Part shown: one piece after another, positions 7,540 to 17,455 of the stretch
How positions within the stretch are numbered: position 1 is the first letter of the stretch
How the letters are laid out: every line of letters begins with the position of its first letter
IMG/VR virus record: IMGVR_UViG_3300034357_000409
Coordinates: 1 to 41,163 of that record
DNA length: 41,163 nt
From: a virus
Lineage: Duplodnaviria; Caudoviricetes
Direction: 5' to 3' (one strand)
The notes under the pieces: generated by a model
Seen by the model: the letters and a program-made list of their open reading frames with translations, nothing else
Told to the model about the DNA's origin: nothing
Databases searched by the model: none
Translations under genes and position numbers: made by a program

Positions 7540-8571
7540 ATGACATCAATAACCCTAAATAGTATCACAGGTTTAACTTATCCCTATAACATTTACGTAT
7601 GTGATGTCTATGGGGATAATTGTGCCTATATATTACAAATTAACAAACCGGTTCCATCATCAGTTGAGATTGTTTTACCAACACCTTTTAGTTTGGCACC
7701 ATCTGTCGGTATTAAAATAATAACTTCAGACGGGTGTGAAAGATTTAAGGTGTATGAATGTATTTACATAACACCAACTACAACACCAACAAATACACCT
7801 ACACCAAGTATTACACCAACCATTACTCCAACCATTACACCAACTATCAGTTTAACACCAACTAATACCGTAACACCAAGTATCACACCAACGAACACAC
7901 CTACTCCAAGTATAACTCCAACAATCACACCAACACCTACTTATCCGTATGTGTTTGACCCATACGTTTATTTAGTTCCGGAACCACAAGATACCACATC
8001 ATTAACTAATTTAGGTAACTATATGTTTAGTAACGGCTCTACTAGTTTCTTAGGGTGGGGTAACGGTGGTGTTCCATCAATTAGTGGATATTCAAACGAT
8101 TTAAATATTTATATTCATTACTCAGGATTTACCGGTGGTAGTGGAAACTTTATAACAAATGTTTCAACATTAAAAGGATATGTTAAACAATCAACCGGAA
8201 CAACAATTGATACTTACGGTTGTACTCAAGACCAATACACATTTAACACTATTGAACTTTCACCGTCACAAGTTAATACCGGTATTCAATATTTCTACAC
8301 ACTTTGGATACCATTAAACGCTGTTGGTGGTACTATGACAAATATGACTGTTGATATTGGTTCAAACACACCTTGTTCAAATGATATTGGTTATAACTTA
8401 ATCCCTGATACTGTATTGGCAGCAACTAATGTTGTTGTTTCAAGTGGTGCTGCAATACCATCAAATGTATATCGAGTTCTTTGGATTGACCCATCTTGTT
8501 TAATCCCAAGTGCCGTTCCTCCACCATCTTTATCGTCTTCAATATTCTTTAAAGGAAATACTAAAACATAA
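7540..8571 (+). CDS. Putative virion protein: Ig-like N-domain, Pro/Thr linker, unknown C-terminal domain
   Basis: N-domain is paralogous to the 5625 gene product; long (TPT[NSI]) tract; S/T/G/N-rich composition. Confidence 0.72.
   Translation: MTSITLNSITGLTYPYNIYVCDVYGDNCAYILQINKPVPSSVEIVLPTPFSLAPSVGIKIITSDGCERFKVYECIYITPTTTPTNTPTPSITPTITPTITPTISLTPTNTVTPSITPTNTPTPSITPTITPTPTYPYVFDPYVYLVPEPQDTTSLTNLGNYMFSNGSTSFLGWGNGGVPSISGYSNDLNIYIHYSGFTGGSGNFITNVSTLKGYVKQSTGTTIDTYGCTQDQYTFNTIELSPSQVNTGIQYFYTLWIPLNAVGGTMTNMTVDIGSNTPCSNDIGYNLIPDTVLAATNVVVSSGAAIPSNVYRVLWIDPSCLIPSAVPPPSLSSSIFFKGNTKT
7854..7894 (+). repeat. 41-bp exact direct repeat, copy 2
   Basis: Identical to 6693-6733 and in the same codon phase. 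Confidence 0.9.
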
Positions 8572-8579
8572 TATTTATT
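8572..8579 (+). promoter_or_regulatory. TATTTAT motif, candidate late promoter/initiation signal
   Basis: TATTTATT lies 3 nt before ATG 8583. Confidence 0.45.
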
Positions 8580-8582
8580 ATT

Positions 8583-9869
8583 ATGTCAGTACCGTACAAA
8601 AATCCAATATCAAGCGTTCAAGTATCAACGCCACAATCCGTTTCAAGAACATCTGTCTTTGGAACTAACTTTTCTAATCTTAATGTTGGTGGTTATATGG
8701 AAGTATATAACTTATCAGATTTGTCTTTAACTTTAACGGCATCATCATATCCATCATTAATCCAATTATCAGCTAATACAATACCTATTAGATACACAAA
8801 AGGTAATGGAACATTTTTATCTCCGGATTATCTAACATTAAATTCAGATAATATCTCATCAGGTAGAAGACGATTAGGTATGTTGGTTTATGTACACGAG
8901 ACAGATAAAGTTTATCAATATGTAATACCGAATTATGATACTTTATGGAATAATATGTCAGGTCTCACCGGGTTTTCTTCGGTAACATATTCAGATTATA
9001 CAACGGTAATCAATAGTCGTTCATCTGCCGGACAATCATTTATAAGTGGATGGACAAGTTCCAATATAGAAGGTGTAAGTGGATTTACAAGTACCAACTC
9101 TAATTGGAGAGTTTATCTACCCGGAGGTAGTACATCAGGTTTATATCTACCTTTAAGTGGGGGTACACTTATTGGAACATATGGAAACGTAAATGTTAAT
9201 CCCGGTAATAATCAAAGTATGATTGTGTTTAGTGGCAGTAATACTGTCGGAGGAACAGGTTATACCGACTTCATAAAAGTAATTAATACCGCTGCCGGGG
9301 CAACTAACATAAATAAAACATTTAGGGTAAATAACATAGGTGGATTAGAAATTGTTAATAGTGCTTACAACAATTTATGTTTTAGTATTTCAGATTCCGG
9401 TAACTTGGTTGTTGTTGGTAGTGTAACAGCTAACGCTTGGGTTGCTGGACAAACAATTCAAACTAAATTATTTAGTGCAAGTGATTTAAGTTTTACTTCA
9501 GATTACACAAACAACACAAATATTTACACTGCCGTAGTTTCCGGAACATATATACCTCTTTCTACATCGTCATATATTTTCTTTGAAGTATACGCTGTGT
9601 ATTTTGTTGATGGAGCCGCTGGCGATTCATTCTTTTCTCAAATAACTTGGAATGGGATTGAAATCGGTGTTCAGAGACAAGTTTGGGCTAATGGTTCAGG
9701 GGGTGGTACACGAAGTGGTACATTGTTCCCATTAGCGGGTAGAGTAACTAATAGTAGTACAACAGGATATGGTTGGGCAGTAAATGTTAGAAGAGATTCT
9801 TCAGATGATACTATTACTATATATCCTAATGCCGGATTTTATGTAAAAATAACAGAAATTGCAAGATAA
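8583..9869 (+). CDS. Putative tail/head fibre protein
   Basis: RRLGMLVYV..TDKVY docking-type motif, YLPLSGGT fibre motif, and a C-terminal GQTIQT...YIPLSTSSYIFF...KITEIA beta domain resembling phage fibre tips. No Cys-rich modules. Confidence 0.65.
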   Translation: MSVPYKNPISSVQVSTPQSVSRTSVFGTNFSNLNVGGYMEVYNLSDLSLTLTASSYPSLIQLSANTIPIRYTKGNGTFLSPDYLTLNSDNISSGRRRLGMLVYVHETDKVYQYVIPNYDTLWNNMSGLTGFSSVTYSDYTTVINSRSSAGQSFISGWTSSNIEGVSGFTSTNSNWRVYLPGGSTSGLYLPLSGGTLIGTYGNVNVNPGNNQSMIVFSGSNTVGGTGYTDFIKVINTAAGATNINKTFRVNNIGGLEIVNSAYNNLCFSISDSGNLVVVGSVTANAWVAGQTIQTKLFSASDLSFTSDYTNNTNIYTAVVSGTYIPLSTSSYIFFEVYAVYFVDGAAGDSFFSQITWNGIEIGVQRQVWANGSGGGTRSGTLFPLAGRVTNSSTTGYGWAVNVRRDSSDDTITIYPNAGFYVKITEIAR

Positions 9870-9876
9870 TCAATTT

Positions 9877-10059
9877 TTATTCAGATTGTTTATTTTCTCT
9901 CTTACCTAAATTTTCATATATCCTTAAAAGTTTTAAGGACTCATAGTAGTTTTTTTCTAATCTATCAAGTTCCTTCTCAGGAACACCTCTGTCACACGCC
10001 AATTCATAAGCTTCTTTGGCTTCCGTAACAACATTTGATATTGTATCTATTAGTTTCAT
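9877..10059 (-). CDS. Small helical protein (60 aa, MKLIDTISNVVTE...; start moved from 10086 to 10059)
   Basis: Counter-oriented ORF filling the gap; TATTTATA lies 3 nt before the ATG at 10059. Confidence 0.65.
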   Translation of the reverse strand: MKLIDTISNVVTEAKEAYELACDRGVPEKELDRLEKNYYESLKLLRIYENLGKRENKQSE

Positions 10060-10062
10060 ATC

Positions 10063-10070
10063 TATAAATA
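10063..10070 (-). promoter_or_regulatory. TATTTAT motif, candidate late promoter
   Basis: Minus strand reads GATATTTATAGATATG. Confidence 0.5.
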
Positions 10071-10135
10071 TCTCCCAACACACCATTTATTAAAAACAAA
10101 AGTCAATTATATTTTTAATAAAATGAAACTTCGTA

Positions 10136-10149
10136 TTATTTATAAATAA
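10136..10149. promoter_or_regulatory. Palindrome TTATTTATAAATAA carrying the TATTTATA motif on both strands between divergent genes
   Basis: Perfect 14-bp palindrome; the plus-strand motif ends 17 nt before ATG 10162. Confidence 0.45.
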
Positions 10150-10161
10150 AATAAAAACATA

Positions 10162-10824
10162 ATGTCACAATTTTATTATTTTACGCCCTGTTGTGGTGAA
10201 GAACCTTTTGGTATTATAAATAATACCAATCCATTAACTTCATGGTCAAATTTTACAGATAATGTTGGTGGTGTTTACGCCCTTATAATTGATTCATTCT
10301 CGGGATGTGTAACTTATAGTGGGTCTTCAACAACACCAATAGATGATTTATCATTTTATAATTCAACACCAATTTTTTTAATTTACGATTCTTGTTCATT
10401 TTGTACAGAATATATATTCCGTTGCGGAACTCAAAATAAAGACGTTAAACCTGTAGTTCCCGGAGTTCCCCAATTCAGAAATGAATGCGGCGTTATAACA
10501 ATATTACCTATGGGTGTTAGATGTTTGGTCAAAGACCCTTCAGAATTTTCTATAAACGACGGTACGGTTTCTGTAATAATTACTGGTGGAACATCACCAT
10601 ATACCGTAACTTGGATTGGCGGACCCACATCTCCAACATATAGTCCTGTTGGTAACGGTGCTTATACCGCAACAACAGTTGATTATTGGGGTGATTACAC
10701 GGTAACAGTAATATGCGAAATATTCACGGAAAAAGATTGTACATTCGAAGCAAGTATTGTAGAATTTTTACCTGTAGAATGTATTGATAACGGAATGACC
10801 GGATACACATTTAATTTAACTTAA
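10162..10824 (+). CDS. Cys-rich putative virion protein with one SprB-like repeat
   Basis: N-terminal C..C..CxxC module, then DGTVSVIITGGTSPYTVTW...GAYTATTVD. Confidence 0.7.
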   Translation: MSQFYYFTPCCGEEPFGIINNTNPLTSWSNFTDNVGGVYALIIDSFSGCVTYSGSSTTPIDDLSFYNSTPIFLIYDSCSFCTEYIFRCGTQNKDVKPVVPGVPQFRNECGVITILPMGVRCLVKDPSEFSINDGTVSVIITGGTSPYTVTWIGGPTSPTYSPVGNGAYTATTVDYWGDYTVTVICEIFTEKDCTFEASIVEFLPVECIDNGMTGYTFNLT

Positions 10825-10829
10825 CATAT

Positions 10830-13073
10830 ATGTCATTTTCAGCAGCAACTTGTATAACATTTAATCCCAACGTTCAAACGAGCACAGGTCCATTTAACAT
10901 CTATTTAAATAGTGATTATGACTCAACACCAATTAACCCTCTACCGATACCATTATCAAATCTTCAACCACCTCTTTGCCCCTATATAATCGAAGTGCCC
11001 GATGGAACAACTGACTTAGGTTTTAGACAAGAGGATGACCTTTATTGTATAACAATACTTATTCAAGATAATGATATTTGTGATAATTGTAATTTGGGTT
11101 TGTCACAATATCCTGCAACATCATCAGCGGTAATTACCGCAGGAGAATTAACGGGAACTTGTGAAATAACTGATTATAGAATAAATTGGTATGGTCCTAA
11201 CAGTACAACAACATTAGCCTTTTCCTCAGGTAGTGGAATATATGCAACCCCAGCAAGTACTTACACTCACCCATTATCAGGACCAGGTCGGTCAATTCCG
11301 TCAATCGCCGGTGTTTACACCCCTGTCATAGACAAAGTAAAGATAAATGGTATAACTTATTCAAATACCGGAGGAACTGGAAATATTTTATTTAGTGGTA
11401 GTTGTTTACCTACAATAGAGGTACTACCACTAACTTGTGAAGTTAGAACTAATACACGTACAGACTACCCTTACAGTGCCTATTCACAAGTATTAAAATT
11501 AGATATCGCATCAAACACACCACAAACAGTATCGTCAAGTTTTAATATATCCGCCAATACCAAATATATTGCTTGGATATTTGACGGTTTTGAAATACCA
11601 GATAGGATAACAATATCACTTAAAGGTGCGGCATATGGTACAACTGTAATAGGTTTAGAGGATATCGAAATTGGTAATCAAACAGGTTTTCCGACAAATT
11701 TAACACCAAATTTATACCCTAAATCAGGTAATACAGGAAATGCCGCTTATTTATATAGAAAAATAACAACATTAACAGGGTTAACAATTTCTCCCAATGA
11801 TGTGATAACAATTAAAGTTGAGTCTAAAGTCAGTAATACATTATGGACCTTATACTTAAATTGTTTAAATGATTTTGACTGTATAGATTGTACCAACAAT
11901 AATTCCATAAGAAAAATAATTGGTACAACAATTGCATCAACACCCCAACCTTGTGGGGCTTTAGATGTTATCTTTACAATTACTGGTTGTACTGAGACTG
12001 TTAGAGTTAATAGTGATTTTAATACTTACTACGCTTTTGATGGTCGGTTTAATTCAATCGACGGAAATTCATTACGATATCAACCCACTAATAATACGTT
12101 TAGTACAAGGTTGAATAATGGAACTCGTTATTGTCAAGGTCAAAATTGTAATTCTACTACCTCTATCTGTACAATCGATTCAACACCCACAATTTATGAT
12201 AAAACATTTTTAACAGATGGTACTGGTAGAGGTGTGTTTGGGATTACTGGTTCGTCGACAGTTATCTCAACATACTACAGCGGTTGGGTAGGGACAATAT
12301 CAAGCTGTTGGACTAACCCACCTCCAACACAAATTGAATATTATATGAGTGTGATTATGAGAATCCCATCAATTACCGCACCAGATAATTGTGGTGATAC
12401 TCAGGGTATAATTAGAAGCATAGGTATTTATTTACATCCCACATCAACTGTTTTTACTGGAACTACAATAAGTGGAGGGATAACTCTATATTATATACAC
12501 ATAACCGCAAATACAATAACAAATCAAGTGAGCCCTCCTTTCGATATTTGTGACAGAGATTGTACATCAGGTATAATTAGTAGAGTAAACTTATTTAATA
12601 ATTATTCAACAGGTTCCACCACTAACTATGGAACAAACAAAAGTTTTTCAAACGGAATTTACTATCAAAATCCAATTTATGCAGACCGTATTCTTCTTTT
12701 TCCTACTAGTAGTAACCCATCGAATTTTCGGGAAAATTATTTTCAAGGTTCAACAAATATTGGTAACACATACCCATTTTCCGGAACTCCGGCTAATGAC
12801 CCATTACCCTCTTCTTACACAATAATACCTTCTTTATCCGGAACAGTATGTAATTATAACCAATCAGGTCGAATATTGAATTACGGAACTTTCCAAACCT
12901 TTAGGTACGAGTTATGGAGGTATAGAGCTGCTTTACCAAACCCACTAAGTAACACCGACTTTGAAATATGGGCGACACCAGTCATTAATTATGTTCTAAC
13001 TCCACCAGAGGTATTAGTATATCAACTATCAGGAGGAACTGTAACAACTTATAACACAACATACATTATATAA
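10830..13073 (+). CDS. Cys/Thr-rich putative virion appendage protein (747 aa)
   Basis: N-terminal GPFNIY Ig-like domain, several CxxC pairs, beta-rich composition, structural-cluster context. Confidence 0.65.
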   Translation: MSFSAATCITFNPNVQTSTGPFNIYLNSDYDSTPINPLPIPLSNLQPPLCPYIIEVPDGTTDLGFRQEDDLYCITILIQDNDICDNCNLGLSQYPATSSAVITAGELTGTCEITDYRINWYGPNSTTTLAFSSGSGIYATPASTYTHPLSGPGRSIPSIAGVYTPVIDKVKINGITYSNTGGTGNILFSGSCLPTIEVLPLTCEVRTNTRTDYPYSAYSQVLKLDIASNTPQTVSSSFNISANTKYIAWIFDGFEIPDRITISLKGAAYGTTVIGLEDIEIGNQTGFPTNLTPNLYPKSGNTGNAAYLYRKITTLTGLTISPNDVITIKVESKVSNTLWTLYLNCLNDFDCIDCTNNNSIRKIIGTTIASTPQPCGALDVIFTITGCTETVRVNSDFNTYYAFDGRFNSIDGNSLRYQPTNNTFSTRLNNGTRYCQGQNCNSTTSICTIDSTPTIYDKTFLTDGTGRGVFGITGSSTVISTYYSGWVGTISSCWTNPPPTQIEYYMSVIMRIPSITAPDNCGDTQGIIRSIGIYLHPTSTVFTGTTISGGITLYYIHITANTITNQVSPPFDICDRDCTSGIISRVNLFNNYSTGSTTNYGTNKSFSNGIYYQNPIYADRILLFPTSSNPSNFRENYFQGSTNIGNTYPFSGTPANDPLPSSYTIIPSLSGTVCNYNQSGRILNYGTFQTFRYELWRYRAALPNPLSNTDFEIWATPVINYVLTPPEVLVYQLSGGTVTTYNTTYII

Positions 13074-13075
13074 TT

Positions 13076-14365
13076 ATGAGCAGATATTTTACAATAAAAA
13101 TAACAGGAGGAACCTCACCGGGACCATATACAATTTATTTTAATGAAATTTTAGTTATAGGAAATATTCCTCCAATTTACGAATCGGACCCAATAGTATA
13201 TGCGTCTGGTTTAACACGAGATGATTTAACAGTTATTGATGGGATTACTGTTGAAGTTCCTGACAATATTGAATCACTATTTCTTTATAATGAATATTGT
13301 TTATCAGAAATTTTATTGACAGCATCTGTAAAAACAACATATAAAGATTTTTGTTTAACTTATGCCCCGTTAAGTAATCCAAGTGCTAAAAAACCAGCTC
13401 ATTTTATACCATCCGATGAGTTAGATTCAAATGGTAATCCTTTTTGGGAGTTTCAAAACTCAAAAGCTCTGTGGAATCCAACGGAATCTCAGTGGGATAT
13501 AATTGGTTATTCTCCAGACAATCTTGTGTTTTTTGATGATGTCTCACCCATTAATTCAAATCCCCCATTAAATTGGCAGGCTATTGGTGGTGGTCAGGTA
13601 ACAGTAGAAAGTGTTGAAGGTAGTTGCTTTGTTGGTCGTTCAACAAATTTTCCTGTGAGTATTAACCAACCAACTTGTTTTTGTGATGGTAGTATTATTT
13701 TTAATGTAAGTTTAGATAATCCCCCATATTCATATTCAATTGATAATGGTGTGACGTATAGTAGTTCCCCAATATTTACAAAATTATGTTCGGGAATTTA
13801 TCTTTTATCAGTATCAGATTATTTAGGTAATGTTTTTTCAAAAACAATAACAATAGATAAACCTGAAATAGCAACAACATATACTCTTTCTTTAAATACG
13901 ACAACAACAACACCAATTATTAATGAAACATCGTTAGTTAATTCCTACGAGACAACCATAACTGTCACACCACCATTACCTGATGGAACAACAATTACGT
14001 TTGATTTAATCCACGATAATAATTTTTATTCATCACCAACAAGTGGAACGTCAGTTTTAACAACAGGAACAATATTAAATAGTAATTTTACAACAATACC
14101 CATTAGTTTCACATCAACAGGTAATACTAAATCGGTTAATACAAGACCAGGTTGTCAAAGTGATTTTATTTACCAATCCGATATTAATGAAGTTTGGAAT
14201 TCAATTACTTTAACTAATACTGACACAATTGTAATATCAACAACAACTAGAGTAGATAAAACAACTACCGGATTGTGTGTTGTTGGATATAGTAATGATA
14301 CATACTCAATTGCAAATGCTATTATTAGTGGTTGTGATTGTTGTTCATTAATTGTTAACACATAA
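13076..14365 (+). CDS. Putative virion protein with Ig-like N-domain and one SprB-like repeat
   Basis: GPYTIY starter domain; QPTCFCDGSI...PPYSYSIDNG...FTKLCSGIYLLSVSD; C-terminal GCDCC. Confidence 0.68.
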   Translation: MSRYFTIKITGGTSPGPYTIYFNEILVIGNIPPIYESDPIVYASGLTRDDLTVIDGITVEVPDNIESLFLYNEYCLSEILLTASVKTTYKDFCLTYAPLSNPSAKKPAHFIPSDELDSNGNPFWEFQNSKALWNPTESQWDIIGYSPDNLVFFDDVSPINSNPPLNWQAIGGGQVTVESVEGSCFVGRSTNFPVSINQPTCFCDGSIIFNVSLDNPPYSYSIDNGVTYSSSPIFTKLCSGIYLLSVSDYLGNVFSKTITIDKPEIATTYTLSLNTTTTTPIINETSLVNSYETTITVTPPLPDGTTITFDLIHDNNFYSSPTSGTSVLTTGTILNSNFTTIPISFTSTGNTKSVNTRPGCQSDFIYQSDINEVWNSITLTNTDTIVISTTTRVDKTTTGLCVVGYSNDTYSIANAIISGCDCCSLIVNT

Positions 14366-14377
14366 TAAAAAATAGAA

Positions 14378-14385
14378 TATTTATA
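14378..14385 (+). promoter_or_regulatory. TATTTAT motif, candidate late promoter
   Basis: TATTTATA lies 4 nt before ATG 14390. Confidence 0.5.
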
Positions 14386-14389
14386 TTAC

Positions 14390-16819
14390 ATGGGATATAT
14401 ACTTAAAAACACATCAGGATTAATAAATACAAGATTAACCGACACCGGTAGAAAAAAACTATCTGAAGGTAATTTTAACATCTCTTATTTTCAAATTGGA
14501 GATAGTGAAGTTTCATACAACGTATTAAATAACACGTATGGTCAAGCAAATACCAATATTTTAGAACCTAATTTTAATTCTCAAAATTCAGCACCGGGGC
14601 AAACCAACAAACAAAATGTTAAATACCCTTTCTATGTAGATAATGATGATACCAATACATATGGTATTCCATTTTCTAATCCGGCAATATCTCCAATATA
14701 TAATAGTACTGTTATTAGAGGATTCTTTAGTGGGAATTCTTCTACGACATCACCAATTTGGAATACTTACACCAATAAGGACTATGTGATTAATTCTAAC
14801 TACGTTGTCGATATGTGTAAATTTACTGGTGGTACCAAAATTAAAATTATATATTCGGGTTGTAATACCAATATCGTTAGATTACCCGCTAAAGGAGATT
14901 TAATAACAATCTATTTTGATGGTAACGCAAGTATATGTTCTACAGAACCGACACCTTCAACACCCACGCCAACCCCAACACCAACAATGACACCTTCATA
15001 CGATGTTTGTAAATTACCTGACCCAACTCCAACACCATCATCAACTTGTTGTATAACAACACCGACCGGATGCACACCAACACCAGTGATTAATACATTC
15101 ATTAATGTAAGTAGTTGTCGTAATATTTTAACATATCGTATTGTTGATATATGTTTGGATGAGATAACATTAGATAGAAATACCCCTAATTACTCTTATA
15201 TTTCATCAGGTTGTTCATACGCTAGAACATTAGTTTATCCACCAAAAATGACCGACCTTTATGATAGTGTAACACCTACTAATCATTGGAGTAATAATGT
15301 AATTAATTTTAATTCTGTATGTGATACTGACGAATTTGACGTTAAGGTGTGGAATATGAATATTCCTTGGTCTGAAAATCCGGCAGGTTTAACATTCCCA
15401 AGTTTGGATTTCAATAACTTTGGGTCAACCACTTATATTGGAACTAAAGAATATTTGGGTTATATGTCTGATAGTGGTCAGACGTTTGTGAACGTAAATG
15501 GTGTTGTGGAAGATTCTGTGTATTATTACGACACTTTTAGTAATAAAATAGTTGTTACACCTAAAGAACAAAAAGCTATCGCCATTATTCATTACACTAA
15601 CCAAACAATTGATTTATTTTACGGTGAAAAATTTGCTTTGGAACCATATGACCCTTCAAATATAAATGATACAACAGGTCAGGCCACCAATTTTAAATTA
15701 CATATTCCTTGGCTTATGTGGCATAAATCACCAACTTGTTGTGTTGGTGAAACATTTTACGCATTACCACCGAAGTTTATACCTAATACAGGTTCAAATA
15801 CACAACCAGTTCAATTATTAAAACCTCACTATATCAAATCAACAAAAAATGATGATATGAATAGTCCGGGTATTAGATATTATAATTTATGGGATAATAA
15901 CCCAACCTCATATGATTCATCACTACCTAATAGAGTTGGGAAAATATTCCCTGACCAAAAAATTGTTGTAATCGATGATGAAGAATTGGTTGCCGCTTTA
16001 TCATACAAATCAAATCGTAATTGGACTTTACCCGCTACAACTATATCACTCACACCACCAAATCTTTTTGGTCCAAGTCAAGGTTCTTCTTTGGGATTAT
16101 TATCCGGGTCTAATCAAACATTATATGTTAGTTACCTATTAACTAATCAATCATCAGGAGCAACTAATTCTCTACATTGTAATTATTACTCTAAAATAAA
16201 CGGACCTAACCTTGATTGTGGAATAGTTGAGAGTCAGAATGTCGCTGTCAGATTTAAAAATGAATTTAATTGTTTAACTCAAATAACTAACAGAACTTTA
16301 CCAAATGGTTATGTTGCCAATACATTTCAAATCATTTGTCAAATTGTTAAAGACGGTGAAAGACCTCAATCTAACGAATGGAAAATAATTAATTTTACAA
16401 ACCAATTAAGTGCATCAACAGTAAATGGATATATAACTCAAAGTGGATTAACAGGTAATACTTTTGTTATCACAAATACTTTATATAAAAGTTCACCAAA
16501 ATATAATTTGAATACTTTTATCTCATTACCAACTGGTTCAACAAGTAACACAACACTTAATTTTGGTGATGAATATTATTTCTATGGTTCCTTAGAAACC
16601 GATATTCAAGCAACCATTTATGAAATGAGATATAAGATTAATCTTAGTCAGTCAGAATTTCAAAAACCATCAAATCCTACTTGGTCATCAGGTATTACAC
16701 CACAAGTTAGTGAAATTGGTCTTTACGACAGTGAATTTAATCTTATGATTGTATCAAAGCTACAGTCTCCAGTCCCACGACAGGGTACTCAACAGTTTTT
16801 GGTAAAATTTGATTTTTAA
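14390..16819 (+). CDS. Baseplate/tail-fibre attachment-type structural protein (DUF3751/P2 gpH N-domain-like termini)
   Basis: N-terminal LTDTGRKKL...F.IGDSEV.Y and C-terminal VSEIGLYD...L.IVSKL..P motifs; internal Pro/Thr tract with Cys. Confidence 0.62.
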   Translation: MGYILKNTSGLINTRLTDTGRKKLSEGNFNISYFQIGDSEVSYNVLNNTYGQANTNILEPNFNSQNSAPGQTNKQNVKYPFYVDNDDTNTYGIPFSNPAISPIYNSTVIRGFFSGNSSTTSPIWNTYTNKDYVINSNYVVDMCKFTGGTKIKIIYSGCNTNIVRLPAKGDLITIYFDGNASICSTEPTPSTPTPTPTPTMTPSYDVCKLPDPTPTPSSTCCITTPTGCTPTPVINTFINVSSCRNILTYRIVDICLDEITLDRNTPNYSYISSGCSYARTLVYPPKMTDLYDSVTPTNHWSNNVINFNSVCDTDEFDVKVWNMNIPWSENPAGLTFPSLDFNNFGSTTYIGTKEYLGYMSDSGQTFVNVNGVVEDSVYYYDTFSNKIVVTPKEQKAIAIIHYTNQTIDLFYGEKFALEPYDPSNINDTTGQATNFKLHIPWLMWHKSPTCCVGETFYALPPKFIPNTGSNTQPVQLLKPHYIKSTKNDDMNSPGIRYYNLWDNNPTSYDSSLPNRVGKIFPDQKIVVIDDEELVAALSYKSNRNWTLPATTISLTPPNLFGPSQGSSLGLLSGSNQTLYVSYLLTNQSSGATNSLHCNYYSKINGPNLDCGIVESQNVAVRFKNEFNCLTQITNRTLPNGYVANTFQIICQIVKDGERPQSNEWKIINFTNQLSASTVNGYITQSGLTGNTFVITNTLYKSSPKYNLNTFISLPTGSTSNTTLNFGDEYYFYGSLETDIQATIYEMRYKINLSQSEFQKPSNPTWSSGITPQVSEIGLYDSEFNLMIVSKLQSPVPRQGTQQFLVKFDF

Positions 16820-16822
16820 CAT

Positions 16823-17422
16823 ATGAAAAAAACATTAAAAGAAAGCCCTAAAGTTTTAGGGCTTGATGTTTCAACCAAAACTATTGGTTGGGCATTATTT
16901 GACATACAAAGTAAAGAATTATTAGAACTAACTCACGTATCACCAACACCAAAACCAAAGGAAGAAAATAAAATAAAAGAGTTACTTCTTAAAGGTGAAA
17001 TTTTTAGAACCAAACTTTTAGAATATAAAGATATGGGTATCACTAAGGTTATTATTGAGGAACCTCTATTAAACTCAAATAACGTTTATACAGTACAAAC
17101 TCTATTAAGGTTTAACACTTTGGTCACAAAAGAAATTTATGACGTTTTAGGGATAGTTCCTGACTTCATATCAACATACAACTCACGTAAGTTTGCCTTC
17201 CCCGAATTAGTTAAAGAAAACGACAAAGGTAAATTTGTATTATTTGGTGGTCTTCCCAAAGACATAGATAAGAAACTAATCATTTGGGATTTAATCGCCA
17301 AGAAAGAACCTCAAATTACTTGGCAATACACAAGAAACAACACTCTTAAAAAAGAAAACTTCGACCAAACAGACGCTTATTGTTGTGTCTTAGGTCATAT
17401 GAGACAAGAACAAATTTGGTAA
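16823..17422 (+). CDS. RuvC-like Holliday junction resolvase (RNase H fold)
   Basis: Acidic catalytic motifs VLGLDVSTKTIGWA, IIEEP and DQTDAY. Confidence 0.8.
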   Translation: MKKTLKESPKVLGLDVSTKTIGWALFDIQSKELLELTHVSPTPKPKEENKIKELLLKGEIFRTKLLEYKDMGITKVIIEEPLLNSNNVYTVQTLLRFNTLVTKEIYDVLGIVPDFISTYNSRKFAFPELVKENDKGKFVLFGGLPKDIDKKLIIWDLIAKKEPQITWQYTRNNTLKKENFDQTDAYCCVLGHMRQEQIW

Positions 17423-17454
17423 AAAAAATAACCCACCTTTTGGTGGGTTTTTTT
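17421..17454. terminator. Bidirectional Rho-independent terminator between convergent gene blocks
   Basis: Stem AACCCACC/GGTGGGTT (17430-17437/17442-17449) with a TTTT loop, an A-tract on the left and a T-tract on the right. Confidence 0.88.
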
Positions 17455-17455
17455 A

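Noticed and set aside
6100-7940. ACACCA-rich repeats as a CRISPR array or non-coding repeat
   Set aside because: They are in-frame Thr/Pro codon runs inside long ORFs, with no unique spacers of regular length.
16823-17422. TnpB/Cas12-like RuvC effector
   Set aside because: Only 199 aa, with no zinc finger or REC/WED region and no adjacent non-coding RNA space; it fits a plain resolvase.
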